A stretch of DNA of 63,922 nt, counting the filler, from Nanobdellota archaeon (lineage in GTDB: Archaea > Nanobdellota > Nanobdellia > Woesearchaeales > CAZZGN01): assembly GCA_051819665.1 (NCBI GenBank). It is 3 parts of 3 records of this genome, joined end to end, with 100 filler letters (N's around TTAATTAATTAA, not from the genome) between each part and the next. Parts side by side here need not be neighbours in the genome. Positions count along the whole stretch, not along the records: positions 24,576 to 44,651 come from JBNJDG010000015.1; positions 44,752 to 63,922 come from JBNJDG010000016.1; 1 more part is not named here. The stretch is one strand, 5' to 3'. Below the pieces are notes generated by a model, which saw only the letters and a list, made by a program, of their open reading frames with translations, searched no databases and was not told the origin of the DNA. A program made the translations under genes and the position numbers. Below, piece after piece: positions 40,173 through 49,342 of this stretch (within the stretch, counting starts at the first letter, position 1; every line of letters begins with the position of its first letter).

Positions 40173-40202
40173 CCCTCCTACTGAATTTAAGTAGTCTGCG
40201 GG
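40173..40202 (-). promoter_or_regulatory. Kink-turn hairpin overlapping the SD of the rpl1 operon
   Basis: CCC-GCA-GA-CUAC-UUAAAUUCA-GUAG-GA-GGG matches the K-turn consensus. Confidence 0.55.
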
Positions 40203-40242
40203 ATATGACATGATGGGAGAAATTTTCCGTTTATAAAACTTT

Positions 40243-40914
40243 CTATAGGTCCACCCTGACTTTGGGCTTATCACTATACTTATCGGGGAGTTCTCCAAAG
40301 CTACAAGGCTCGCATGTGCCGTCAATGGTTACCCAGCCCTGGTTCTGGTATTTCTGGGCGGCTTCAGGGAGGTAAGCTTCGATGTAGACATGATTCGGGA
40401 CGAATACAAGCCTGGTTTTCAGACCTATCGATCCCATCAGGTTCGCCAGGAGGATAGAGAAATCATCGCAGTCCCCTCCTCCGGTAGAGAGTGTTTCTTT
40501 AGGCCCTTTTATATATTCGTCCTTCTCGCCTATGTAGTCGAGATTCTTCTTGACGAAGGAGTAAAGGGCTTTCGCCTGGCAGACCTTCTCTCCGTCACAG
40601 GAGATAGAGCTTATCTTATCCGCAATCCTCTTGGTCTCTGCAGGCTTGTACAAGTATCTGTATTGTTTATGGTTGTTTATAGAATGGTTGTGATGGGCTA
40701 TATTCTCCTCATGGAAGACCTCTTCTATGGTTGGGATCCGGGAGGGGGAAGGGTCTACCTGGATATTTGTCGAGATGAGCATTATCGTGACCAGTAGTGC
40801 GACTAGTCCCAGAATATAGTAGAGGGGCTTTTTGGTATCCTTGACCTCCTGTTCAGTCTCGTCAAGCTCCGCTTTTATCTCTTCAGCTTCTTTCCTGAGC
40901 TGTTCCTTGTCCAT
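40243..40914 (-). CDS. Membrane-anchored transglutaminase-like protein
   Basis: TM, then GDCDDF, HVY and W..IDGT triad. Confidence 0.85.
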   Translation of the reverse strand: MDKEQLRKEAEEIKAELDETEQEVKDTKKPLYYILGLVALLVTIMLISTNIQVDPSPSRIPTIEEVFHEENIAHHNHSINNHKQYRYLYKPAETKRIADKISSISCDGEKVCQAKALYSFVKKNLDYIGEKDEYIKGPKETLSTGGGDCDDFSILLANLMGSIGLKTRLVFVPNHVYIEAYLPEAAQKYQNQGWVTIDGTCEPCSFGELPDKYSDKPKVRVDL

Positions 40915-40933
40915 AGAAGCGGATGAGAATCAA

Positions 40934-41506
40934 TCATTTATTACTCTTTTCATCAAAGTGTTCCACCTGGAACCTGTAGATATCATTTGCAGGATTTTTC
41001 CATGCATCTTTGTTTATGCTTGCCTTCTTACCAAGGTGTTCAAGGAACTGCTTAGCATCCCATCCCTGTTCCTCGGCTACCTGCGGGAGAAGGAGTCCCC
41101 CCCTGCCGTCTTTTGCTTTAAGTATGAGCCCGTCTGTGCCTATCCTTATATTCTTAGGGTAATCTTCGGGGTTCTCTGCCTCGAGAAGCTCGGGTTCTGT
41201 CAGGACTGAAATCTCTATGTTGATCTTATCGAGCTCTTCTTTCTCTACCGGATCGAATCTCGGGTCGTTGAAAGCTGCAGCGTGTGCGGCATTCTTCACT
41301 CCTTCCATCAATGGATAAAAGGGCTCTGTATAACCTATGCATCCTCTGAGCTCGCCGTTCTTCTTTAAAGTCACGAATACTCCGCTCTTCCTTGAGAGCA
41401 CTTCATCAAGATCCTGTGGAGTGACGACCTCTTTATGGTCGAAAAAGGAATTTATTGATGCTCTTGCGTGGTTCAGCAGTTTTTTCTTGTCTTCATCAGA
41501 AATCAT
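40934..41506 (-). CDS. AMMECR1 domain protein
   Basis: GVFVTL..LRGCIG, AAF.DPRF and LLPQVA. Confidence 0.93.
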   Translation of the reverse strand: MISDEDKKKLLNHARASINSFFDHKEVVTPQDLDEVLSRKSGVFVTLKKNGELRGCIGYTEPFYPLMEGVKNAAHAAAFNDPRFDPVEKEELDKINIEISVLTEPELLEAENPEDYPKNIRIGTDGLILKAKDGRGGLLLPQVAEEQGWDAKQFLEHLGKKASINKDAWKNPANDIYRFQVEHFDEKSNK

Positions 41507-41781
41507 TTTAGGGCCTTTCCTATCTCTTTCTCCATCTTGGTGTTTTCGGTCTTGATGTTCTTCACCGCCTTCTTGAGGGCATCTCTCGGCTCCTCTTTCC
41601 CGTCAGTATGGAGTATGAATTTTGCCTTCTTGACAAGCGGATGTTCAATCTTGTATGATACTGCTTTGACCGAAGAATCCTTATAGAGAACTTCTTTGAG
41701 CATGTTAAGGAAAGTATGACCCATGCTTTCCGTCTCAAAAATCATTTCCTTTTTCGTTTCCTTCTCGATAGCTAATGCCAT
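41503..41781 (-). CDS. rpoL: RNA polymerase subunit L (Rpo11)
   Basis: GHTFLNML and YKIEHPL. Confidence 0.9.
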   Translation of the reverse strand: MALAIEKETKKEMIFETESMGHTFLNMLKEVLYKDSSVKAVSYKIEHPLVKKAKFILHTDGKEEPRDALKKAVKNIKTENTKMEKEIGKALK

Positions 41782-41873
41782 AACGGGAAGGAATTATGTC
41801 TCGTTTAAATATTTTGTGATTTGAGCCCTTTGATAAGCTCTCATAGGGATGATTATCTCTTTGATCAATCCCT

Positions 41874-42485
41874 TCATTTAATCTTCTCGAACCTGAAGCA
41901 TCCTACATCTATCCTCTTGATCCTTTTCGAGTGGAATTTCATAGTCTTCTTCAGAGGGAATTTGTATCTCCATATATGTGTTATCCTAAATCCTTTATCT
42001 TCAGCCAGTCTTTCAAGAAAATCCTTTGTCTCATAGATATGAAAGGAATAGATGACATTGCTCAGCTTGAATGCCTTCTCCAGGAATTCCTTGTCTGCGT
42101 GCCTGTTCTTCGAACCGAAGGGAGGGTTCTGTATAATCACATCACTTGGTGAAGAGAACTCTTTGATGTCCTCATTGATAAGGTCATAAGCTCCTTCGTT
42201 TATATTCTCCTTGATGTTCTTCTCTGCAAGCTTCATTGCTTCCTTGTCATTGTCGATGAAATTAACTTCTCCGGCACCGAGCATCAGGCAGCCTATGCCT
42301 AAGATGCCTGTACCGCAGCCTGCGTCCGTGATTGTCCTGTCTTCTATATCTCCGAGCATGTATGCCTGCCATAATGATTCAGCTGCTATTTCCGAGTCTG
42401 TAGGATATTGCTCAAGCTTTGGGTTAGCTTCTCTGAAGACGGGGATCTTTGATAGATTGACGGCGAGAGAAGATTTTGTTATCAT
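41874..42485 (-). CDS. METTL5-like RNA methyltransferase
   Basis: LEQYPT, DAGCGTG and NPPFG. Confidence 0.9.
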   Translation of the reverse strand: MITKSSLAVNLSKIPVFREANPKLEQYPTDSEIAAESLWQAYMLGDIEDRTITDAGCGTGILGIGCLMLGAGEVNFIDNDKEAMKLAEKNIKENINEGAYDLINEDIKEFSSPSDVIIQNPPFGSKNRHADKEFLEKAFKLSNVIYSFHIYETKDFLERLAEDKGFRITHIWRYKFPLKKTMKFHSKRIKRIDVGCFRFEKIK

Positions 42486-42639
42486 AGTATCTATTAATGT
42501 ATTCTTGTTATTAAAATTTATCTATACAGTTTTCCTATTAGTATAGATTAATGTTCCGTTGTTATCTAATCTATTTTTTTCAAAATATAAAACTATTTAA
42601 AATTACATTTTTGCTGGAAAGCCAGGGGGTGATCAGAAA

Positions 42640-43143
42640 TTGTTCGGTGTGTTCATGGAGAATAGAATAACAAAAAAGATCAAAAAGGCCTTCAAAAAGG
42701 TAAAGTCAGAGTTTGATGAACACCTTGATACTATAAACCAGAATACCAATGAGATACAGGCGAATTACGAATTCTTGTGTGAGTTGGATAAGAAGGTAGA
42801 TAAACTTACCCAGAGGGTAGATAAGCTACAGATGACTCTTGAGGGGAAAAAGTCGAAACATTCTTCGGTTGGTAGATTGACCAACAGGGAACAGGAAGTT
42901 TTCATGGCTCTTTACACTAATGAGGATGGTGAGTTGACTTTCAAAGAGATAGGCAGGAAGCTCGGTTTTAAAGAGGATATGGTCAGGAATTATGTGATGT
43001 CTCTTTCTGAGAAAGGCGTGCCAATATACAAGAAAACTTTGAACGGTACCTCTTACATTTATCTGGACTCAGAGTTCAGGGATTACCAGACCAGGGAGAA
43101 TGTACTTGAGATCAATGAGGATCTCGCTAGGCAGTTTGTATGA
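42640..43143 (+). CDS. Coiled-coil plus winged-HTH protein
   Basis: LTNREQEVF..LY and EIGRKLG...LSEKGVP. Start is TTG 42640 (GGTGA SD) or ATG 42655. Confidence 0.75.
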   Translation: MFGVFMENRITKKIKKAFKKVKSEFDEHLDTINQNTNEIQANYEFLCELDKKVDKLTQRVDKLQMTLEGKKSKHSSVGRLTNREQEVFMALYTNEDGELTFKEIGRKLGFKEDMVRNYVMSLSEKGVPIYKKTLNGTSYIYLDSEFRDYQTRENVLEINEDLARQFV

Positions 43144-43189
43144 TTGGAATTTTCTTTCTATTGTGTCTTTATTCTGTTTTTGTCCCCGA

Positions 43190-43221
43190 AAAAAGTAGCA
43201 CGATTTTTTCAAAAAGTAGCA
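43190..43221 (+). promoter_or_regulatory. Direct repeat AAAAAGTAGCA x2 (21-bp period) next to the TATA box of the ABC operon
   Basis: Copies at 43190-43200 and 43211-43221, followed by TTTAAATA. Confidence 0.45.
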
Positions 43222-43272
43222 AAAACTTTAAATAGGATAGATTTTCTATTAGATGTAATAAGAGGTGTTTTG

Positions 43273-44331
43273 ATGAGAAGAGTGTTTGTGTTTGTCTTTT
43301 TAATGATATTGCTTGCGGGTTGCGGTGTTAATGAAGAAAATGCTGGTGGTGGGTCAAGGCAGATTGTTGATATGGCTGGAAGGGAGGTTACTATGCCTGA
43401 GGAGGTTGATGAAGTCGTAGCACTTGAAGCAGGTGCCCTAAGGATTATTACTTATCTTCAGGCAACAGATATGGTTGTCGGTGTTGAAGAGATTGAGAAG
43501 ACAAAGATTCTTAGGCCTTATATTCTTGCTCATCCTGAACTCTCTGAATTGCCTTCAATAGGTCCTATGCATGGTGGTGATGCAGAGCTAATAACTGCAA
43601 GAGGGCCTGATGTGATATTTTGGACATATACTACAGCGGGTGAAGCGGATGATCTTCAGAGGAAGACTGGTATACCTGTAGTGGTTCTTGATTATGGTGA
43701 TCTTGGTGAGAACAGGGATGTTTTTTATGATTCGGTTGATCTTACCGCAAAGGTTCTTGGCAAGGAGAGAAGGGCAGATGAGATAAAAGATTATATTGAT
43801 AGCACAATTGAATTTTTTTATGATGAGACTTATAATATCTCTGGCGGTGAATCTGTCTATATAGGTGGTGTTTCTCACAGGGGTGCGCATGGGCTTGCAT
43901 CAACAGAACCAGATTATACGCCTTTCACGTTCCTGAATGCAAATAATGTTGCGGGTGGGCTTGGAATGGAGCATGCATATGTTGATCCTGAAAAGATTAT
44001 TGAATGGGATCCTGACAAAGTATTTATCGATCAGGGCGGCCTTTCTTTGGTAAGGAAGGATTTTAGTAATGAGACTAGCAAATATTTTTCGCTTGATGCA
44101 TATGAAGAAGGTGAACTTTATGGGCTCTTGCCTTATAATTGGTATACAACTAATTATGCAACTGTTATTGCCAATACATATTATGTTGCAAGTGTCATTT
44201 ATCCAGAAAAGTTCGCTGGGTTTGATCCTGAAGAGAAAGCGGGCGAGGTCTATAGGTTCTTTGTGGGCAGTGATGTCTATCCTGTGATGGAAGAGAAGTT
44301 TGGGGGATTTGGAAAGATAGAAGATGTCTGA
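43273..44331 (+). CDS. Iron-siderophore/cobalamin ABC substrate-binding lipoprotein
   Basis: LLAGC lipobox, DMAGREV.MP, PDVIF and E.IIEWDPD. Confidence 0.9.
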   Translation: MRRVFVFVFLMILLAGCGVNEENAGGGSRQIVDMAGREVTMPEEVDEVVALEAGALRIITYLQATDMVVGVEEIEKTKILRPYILAHPELSELPSIGPMHGGDAELITARGPDVIFWTYTTAGEADDLQRKTGIPVVVLDYGDLGENRDVFYDSVDLTAKVLGKERRADEIKDYIDSTIEFFYDETYNISGGESVYIGGVSHRGAHGLASTEPDYTPFTFLNANNVAGGLGMEHAYVDPEKIIEWDPDKVFIDQGGLSLVRKDFSNETSKYFSLDAYEEGELYGLLPYNWYTTNYATVIANTYYVASVIYPEKFAGFDPEEKAGEVYRFFVGSDVYPVMEEKFGGFGKIEDV

Positions 44332-44651
44332 ATCAGCTTCATTATATAAACGGTCTGTGAAGAGTAAGGCAATGATTATTGCTTTACTCTTCTTCCTTGT
44401 TGTTTTGTTTGCTTTTATCTCCATCTCTGTCGGTTCAACTGAGATATCATTTCAGCAGATCCTATCATCTTTTTTTGGTTCTGAGAGCACAGCGTCACAG
44501 ATTATAATGAATATCAGGATGCCAAGAGTCATCGCGGCTGTTCTTTCTGGCCTTGCACTTGCGATGTCTGGCGTTGTCATGCAGAATGTGCTTAGAAATC
44601 CTTTGGCTTCACCTTTCACCTTGGGTGTTTCACATGCGGCTGCTTTTGGTG
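44324..44651 (+). CDS. FecCD/BtuC-type ABC permease, 3'-truncated by contig end
   Basis: IRMPRV.AA..G..LA.SG..MQ..LRNPLASPFTLGVS. Confidence 0.92.
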
Positions 44652-44751
44652 NNNNNNNNNNNNNNNNNNNNNNNNNNNNNNNNNNNNNNNNNNNNTTAAT
44701 TAATTAANNNNNNNNNNNNNNNNNNNNNNNNNNNNNNNNNNNNNNNNNNNN
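44652..44751. other. Artificial contig spacer N44-TTAATTAATTAA-N44
   Basis: Same linker as 24476-24575. Confidence 0.99.
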
Positions 44752-45073
44752 CAAATTATTACGCAAATTTGATACGCGCTCCTGGGGAGTGCCCCATAGG
44801 GGCAAGGTGCGTTTCACTCACTTCGTTCACTCAAGCCCACTAAAGAGAAAAACTAAATGTGGGGCCACAGGGACAAATTATTACGCAAATTTGATACGCG
44901 CTCCTGGGGAGTGCCCCATAGGGGCAAGGTGCGTTTCACTCACTTCGTTCACTCAAGCCCACTAAAGAGAAAGATTAAATGTGGGGCCACTGGGATTCCC
45001 ACGTAAGGATTTCATCCTTACCATCCTGGGTACTGTTATCTCACTGCTTTAGATAACAGGACTATAAGAAAAG
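44752..45073 (-). repeat. Tandem array downstream of tRNA-Pro: two 122-bp units plus a unique 78-nt unit, delimited by copies of the tRNA 3' end
   Basis: 44752-44873 vs 44874-44995 differ at 3 positions. ATGTGGGGCCACWGGGA at 44857-44873, 44979-44995 and 45074-45090. Confidence 0.92.
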
Positions 45074-45076
45074 ATG

Positions 45077-45183
45077 TGGGGCCACAGGGATTCGAACCCT
45101 GGTTTGAAGCTATCCGGAGATGAAGGAAACTCTCCATCAGAATTCCCCGAGCTCCAGTGATAGCCAAGCTACACTATGGCCCC
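45077..45183 (-). tRNA. tRNA-Pro(GGG) with 33-nt intron at 37/38 (45112-45144)
   Basis: GGGGCCA/TGGCCCC-A acceptor; GGAGC/GCTTC anticodon stem; BHB central helix UCGG/CCGG; GGTTCGAATCC. Confidence 0.85.
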
Positions 45184-45233
45184 TTTGATGAAGAAGGAAA
45201 GCCAACCGATTTTTAAACTTTTTCATCAGAAGT

Positions 45234-45506
45234 TTAGTATTTATGTTTGCCCTCAGTTGACCTTTGGGAATCCCTAAGGACCATATCATCCTGATACTTA
45301 CTGAGAACTTTATCAAAAGCTCTTTTATAAACCTTATTCGCAAAATCTACAGTATTGTCTGCCTTTACCTTATCATTCAGATATGATACTTCTGTATGGA
45401 ACTCCATAGCCGGCCAATTATCTTCATAACTTACATCCAGTATATCATACATGTCTTTTATAAGGCATGAAGGATCTATCCTGTAATCTGTTCCCATAGT
45501 ATCCAC
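45234..45506 (-). CDS. Possible small hypothetical protein or gene remnant
   Basis: 90-codon frame with no convincing start or motif. Confidence 0.3.
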   Translation of the reverse strand: MDTMGTDYRIDPSCLIKDMYDILDVSYEDNWPAMEFHTEVSYLNDKVKADNTVDFANKVYKRAFDKVLSKYQDDMVLRDSQRSTEGKHKY

Positions 45507-45604
45507 CCAGACATTAAGGAATCTGAGAAGTTCATGATCCTAATATATATTTTTCGTCGAACCATCAAAAAACTTAAATATAATTCAAGGAGAAGCAAAG
45601 GAAA

Positions 45605-46114
45605 ATGAATACCAAAAAGATCATAGATAATCTGGAAGAGAGCGAAGAGTTCAAGAAATTCAAAGAGGAGAATCCTGACACTTATCTTGCCCATGTATTC
45701 AAGATGCTGGACAAGCAGAATGTTGAAGAATGGCAGATTGGCTATTATGATAAGTCCAACAGGAAAGTCACCACATTTGTATATAATGAAAAGACCGAAA
45801 CTATACAGAAGAACCCCGAGTCAGAGACTTTCAGGAAGGAAGACAGCCATATCAAGGAGCTGAAGAAGGAAGACATAAACACTAACCTGAATCAGGCAAT
45901 GCAGAAAGTGGAAAAGCTGAGGAATGAGAAGTATTCAAAACATCCTGTAGAGAAGTCCTTCTTCATTCTCCAGAATCTGGGCAATCCTGTTTGGAACTTC
46001 ACGCTTGTCACAAAGACCTTCAATGTCCTGAACGTCAAGGTGAATGCATCCAGCGGAGAAGTGGAAGAGGATAATCTGAGTTCCATATTCGACTTCAAAG
46101 AGAAGGCTTATTGA
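45605..46114 (+). CDS. Hypothetical protein (PepSY-like C-terminus)
   Basis: WQIGYY, PVWNFT and VKVNASSGEV. Confidence 0.7.
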   Translation: MNTKKIIDNLEESEEFKKFKEENPDTYLAHVFKMLDKQNVEEWQIGYYDKSNRKVTTFVYNEKTETIQKNPESETFRKEDSHIKELKKEDINTNLNQAMQKVEKLRNEKYSKHPVEKSFFILQNLGNPVWNFTLVTKTFNVLNVKVNASSGEVEEDNLSSIFDFKEKAY

Positions 46115-46175
46115 TTTCAAACTATAGGATTAATCCCAATATTATTTATATATTAATCTTTTTAGAGACGTATTT

Positions 46176-46601
46176 ATGGCAAAAGTGAAATTCAAGAGAC
46201 TGGACAAGGATGCAAAGCTACCTGCTTATAAGAAAGAATACGATGCAGGTTTAGACATATATTCTAATGAGAGTTATATCCTCAAACCCGGAGAGAGACA
46301 TGTATTCAAGACAGGCATCGCTTCCTCGATAACGCCGGGCCATGTGGCACTGATATGGGACAGGTCAGGCAACGCTGCAAAGAGCGGCATAAAAACTATG
46401 GCCGGAGTGATCGACTGCGGTTACAGAGGAGAGTGGGGCATTGTTCTCCTTAACACAGGGAACGAGGAATTCGAGATAAGGAAAGGAGACAGGATAGCTC
46501 AGGCTCTTATACAGCCGGTAACTTATGCAGAAGTCGAGGAAACAGACAGTCTGGAGGATTCAGACAGAGCAGAGGGGGGATTCGGATCGACAGGAAAATA
46601 A
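46176..46601 (+). CDS. dut: Trimeric dUTPase
   Basis: AGLD, RSG, GVIDCGYRGE, GDRIAQ and R.EGGFGSTG. Confidence 0.95.
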   Translation: MAKVKFKRLDKDAKLPAYKKEYDAGLDIYSNESYILKPGERHVFKTGIASSITPGHVALIWDRSGNAAKSGIKTMAGVIDCGYRGEWGIVLLNTGNEEFEIRKGDRIAQALIQPVTYAEVEETDSLEDSDRAEGGFGSTGK

Positions 46602-46674
46602 AGAAGAACAAGGTGAAATTCGAGACAATGATGAAAAATACTTCCCTGACAGAGTTTTCTGACGAGGAAGAATA

Positions 46675-47394
46675 ATGCAGGCATATATTGCTGTCGAAGA
46701 TATAGAAAGGTTCAAAGACGGCATTTTTTACGTTTTCTTTTCAGGATGCAATTTCAGATGCCCTTACTGCAATGCGAAAGAGCTGGTCGATTTCAGAGAG
46801 GAGAACATAGCCTTCCTCAAGGATCTCAAGAGGGAGATGAAAGAGCAGAATGTAAAAAAAATATTCTTCACGGGAGGAGAACCCACTCTCCAGAGACAGG
46901 CTCTTCTCAATCTCTCCAGGTTCGCCAAGAACGAAGGCATAGAGACAATCCTTGACACGAACGGCTCTAAACCGAATACCCTGAAGTCTCTGCTCAGGGA
47001 GAAGTTAATGGACGAGATCCATCTTGATCTTAAAGTGCCTCTGGAAAAAGAAAAATTCGACAGGATCACAAGATCAGCCACTTTCTTCAAACCTACAGAA
47101 GGCATAATGGATGATATCGAAGAGAGCATAAACCTTCTTGAGGAAAGCGAAGTGAAACTCAAGGTGACAACCATCATCATCCCGTCTTTAATGTACCGTA
47201 AAGAAGATATCCTTAGCATTGCAGGTTATGTGAACAGATTAGGGTGTGAATGGGAACTTTTGCCCTTCAACCCTGAAAAGACCCTGAACCGGACCCTCCA
47301 GAACATCTCCAGGCCTTCGGACAAGTTCATCAATAATATGAAAGAAACCTGTCTGGAAAAATACCCTCAATTGAGATTTACAGGAGAGGATTAA
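46675..47394 (+). CDS. Radical SAM glycyl-radical activating enzyme (NrdG-like)
   Basis: GCNFRCPYC, TGGEPTLQ, DTNGS and DLK. Confidence 0.85.
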   Translation: MQAYIAVEDIERFKDGIFYVFFSGCNFRCPYCNAKELVDFREENIAFLKDLKREMKEQNVKKIFFTGGEPTLQRQALLNLSRFAKNEGIETILDTNGSKPNTLKSLLREKLMDEIHLDLKVPLEKEKFDRITRSATFFKPTEGIMDDIEESINLLEESEVKLKVTTIIIPSLMYRKEDILSIAGYVNRLGCEWELLPFNPEKTLNRTLQNISRPSDKFINNMKETCLEKYPQLRFTGED

Positions 47395-48031
47395 CCTTTT
47401 CCCAGATCTTCTCTGATACTTCCTCCCTCGACAGGAGCCTGTCCTTATAACACTCTATAAGATCCCAGCCTTTCTTCTCAGAAAGTTTTTTGTAAGTATC
47501 GATAACTTTCTTAAGGTATGACCTGTCAGCCTCATGGCCGTCCCTCCCTTTTTCAGTATACTCCCTCGCGGATTTTGAATCGACCAGCCCCTGGGAGACT
47601 TCAGCAGGCATAGTGAGGACTATGACCTTATCCGGCCTCGGTATCCCGAATTGCTCGTACTCAAGCTCTTCAAGCCATTCTATGAATCCTGTTTCTTGTG
47701 ATTTTGATCCCTGATGAGCCATGCTCGAAGGGACATAGCGGTTCACCACTACCACTTTATCATTATCAAGGGCATCTCTTATTTTGGCTGAGGCTTTCCA
47801 CCTATCTGCCGCATAAAGCATCGAGGTCAGGTAGGGATCAACTTTCGTCGCATCTCCGAACTCATTATTGAGATATGAGGCGATCATCTTCCCGAAAAAA
47901 TCATCATACTGAGGGAAATCAAACATCTCTGCCTCTCTGCCTTCTTCCTTCAACCTTTTCACGAGGATCTTTGACTGTGTACCCTTGCCTGTGCCATCAG
48001 AGCCTTCTATCACTATGAGTTTTCCTGCCAT
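47378..48031 (-). CDS. tmk: Thymidylate kinase
   Basis: IEGSDGTGKGTQ, LYAADR and NRY..S..AHQ. Confidence 0.92.
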   Translation of the reverse strand: MAGKLIVIEGSDGTGKGTQSKILVKRLKEEGREAEMFDFPQYDDFFGKMIASYLNNEFGDATKVDPYLTSMLYAADRWKASAKIRDALDNDKVVVVNRYVPSSMAHQGSKSQETGFIEWLEELEYEQFGIPRPDKVIVLTMPAEVSQGLVDSKSAREYTEKGRDGHEADRSYLKKVIDTYKKLSEKKGWDLIECYKDRLLSREEVSEKIWEKVNPLL

Positions 48032-48121
48032 TAGAATCAAAAAGAGAGTTGTTCTATTTAAAATTTACCACAAACAGTATTTGCAAAAAGATTATAAGAG
48101 GAAATGAACTCCCCGAGGAGG

Positions 48122-49264
48122 ATGGATTACGAACAAGTCTTATCAGAGCTTTTCTCAAGGAAGAGATTCCGTATGAAACTGGGCCTTGAGAGGGTGAAGA
48201 AAGTGCTTTCCTCATTAGGTGAACCCCAGAATAGCTATAAGACCATCCATATCGCAGGCACGAACGGGAAAGGCTCGACAGGTTCAATGATCACAGCCAT
48301 ACTCAGAGAAGCGGGATACAAAGTAGGTCTATACACAAGCCCCTTCCTCAGGGATTTCAGGGAAAGCATAACCATTGACGGAGAGATTATAAGCAAGGAA
48401 GAGGTAACCAGGATCTACGATAAGCTCAAGGATTCTGACCTGACATATTTCGAGCTTAAGACAATCATGGCATTCCTCCACTTCAGGGATAAAGCTGATA
48501 TCGCTGTCATTGAAGTTGGTTTAGGCGGAAGGCTTGACGCTACGAATGTCATTACCCCCGAGATCTCTGTGATAACCAATACAAAGAAGGATCATACCCA
48601 CATCCTTGGAGATGATATTGAGACCATAGCAAAAGAGAAGGCAGGGATCATAAAACCCAAAATCCCCATCATCACAAGAGAGAACGGCGAAGGGTTCAAG
48701 GTCATAAAGAGAATAGCGAAAGAGAGAGAAGCTCCCTTCAGAACATCAGAAGAGAGGGACATGGAAACGAATCTGCCGGGCAGGTTCCAGAGAAGGAACG
48801 CCTCACTCGCTCATGATGTGATGAGGGAATTCGGGATAGATACAGAGACAATAAAGAAAGGACTGATGAACTCAAGCATTCACGGCCGGTTCGAGAGCAA
48901 AGACAACATGATCCTCGACTGTGCCCATAATCTCCCCGCCTTCAGAACTCTCAACAAAGAACTCAGAAGAGAGGATAAAAGGACCATTATGGTCATCTCC
49001 ATACTTGTGGACAAGGACAGGAAAGGCATGATAGAAGAGATTGAGAACACTGTGGATCATTTCATATTCACAACTGTAGACATACCAAGGGCAAGCAAAG
49101 CGGAAGAGCTGAGCAGATTCACCAGAAAGAGCAAGGAGGTCATAGATGATCCCGGGAAAGCTATAGAGAGAGCAAAAGCTCTGGCAGGGCATGAAGACAG
49201 GATCATTATCGCAGGATCATGCTATCTGACAGGAAAGGTTATGGACTACCTGAGAGTAAAATAA
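48122..49264 (+). CDS. folC: Folylpolyglutamate/dihydrofolate synthase
   Basis: HIAGTNGKGS, YTSP, EVGLGGRLDATN and LDCAHN. Confidence 0.93.
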   Translation: MDYEQVLSELFSRKRFRMKLGLERVKKVLSSLGEPQNSYKTIHIAGTNGKGSTGSMITAILREAGYKVGLYTSPFLRDFRESITIDGEIISKEEVTRIYDKLKDSDLTYFELKTIMAFLHFRDKADIAVIEVGLGGRLDATNVITPEISVITNTKKDHTHILGDDIETIAKEKAGIIKPKIPIITRENGEGFKVIKRIAKEREAPFRTSEERDMETNLPGRFQRRNASLAHDVMREFGIDTETIKKGLMNSSIHGRFESKDNMILDCAHNLPAFRTLNKELRREDKRTIMVISILVDKDRKGMIEEIENTVDHFIFTTVDIPRASKAEELSRFTRKSKEVIDDPGKAIERAKALAGHEDRIIIAGSCYLTGKVMDYLRVK

Positions 49265-49342
49265 AGGTGTGACTACCACAAAGTTTATATATGTGTCTAT
49301 ATTTAACCATACTAATACATTCACGAGCGAGGTGGGATAATA

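Noticed and set aside
42490..42635. Replication origin (AT-rich tract plus TGGAAA-GCCA-GGGGGT ORB-like motif)
   Set aside because: Single partial match, no cdc6/orc1 nearby, and GGGGTGA is explained as the SD of the next gene.
43273..44651. T-rich codon usage as a sign of horizontal transfer
   Set aside because: Other + strand genes of this inverted contig show a similar bias, and it cannot be separated from strand skew without computation.
44805..44840. Hammerhead-like UUGAGUGA...GAAAC on the minus strand of the repeat unit
   Set aside because: The CUGANGA core and required stems are not satisfied.
44752..45093. CRISPR array
   Set aside because: The repeat is 17-20 nt and tRNA-derived, the spacers are 78-105 nt with one duplicated, and there are no cas genes. 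Kept as a non-CRISPR finding.
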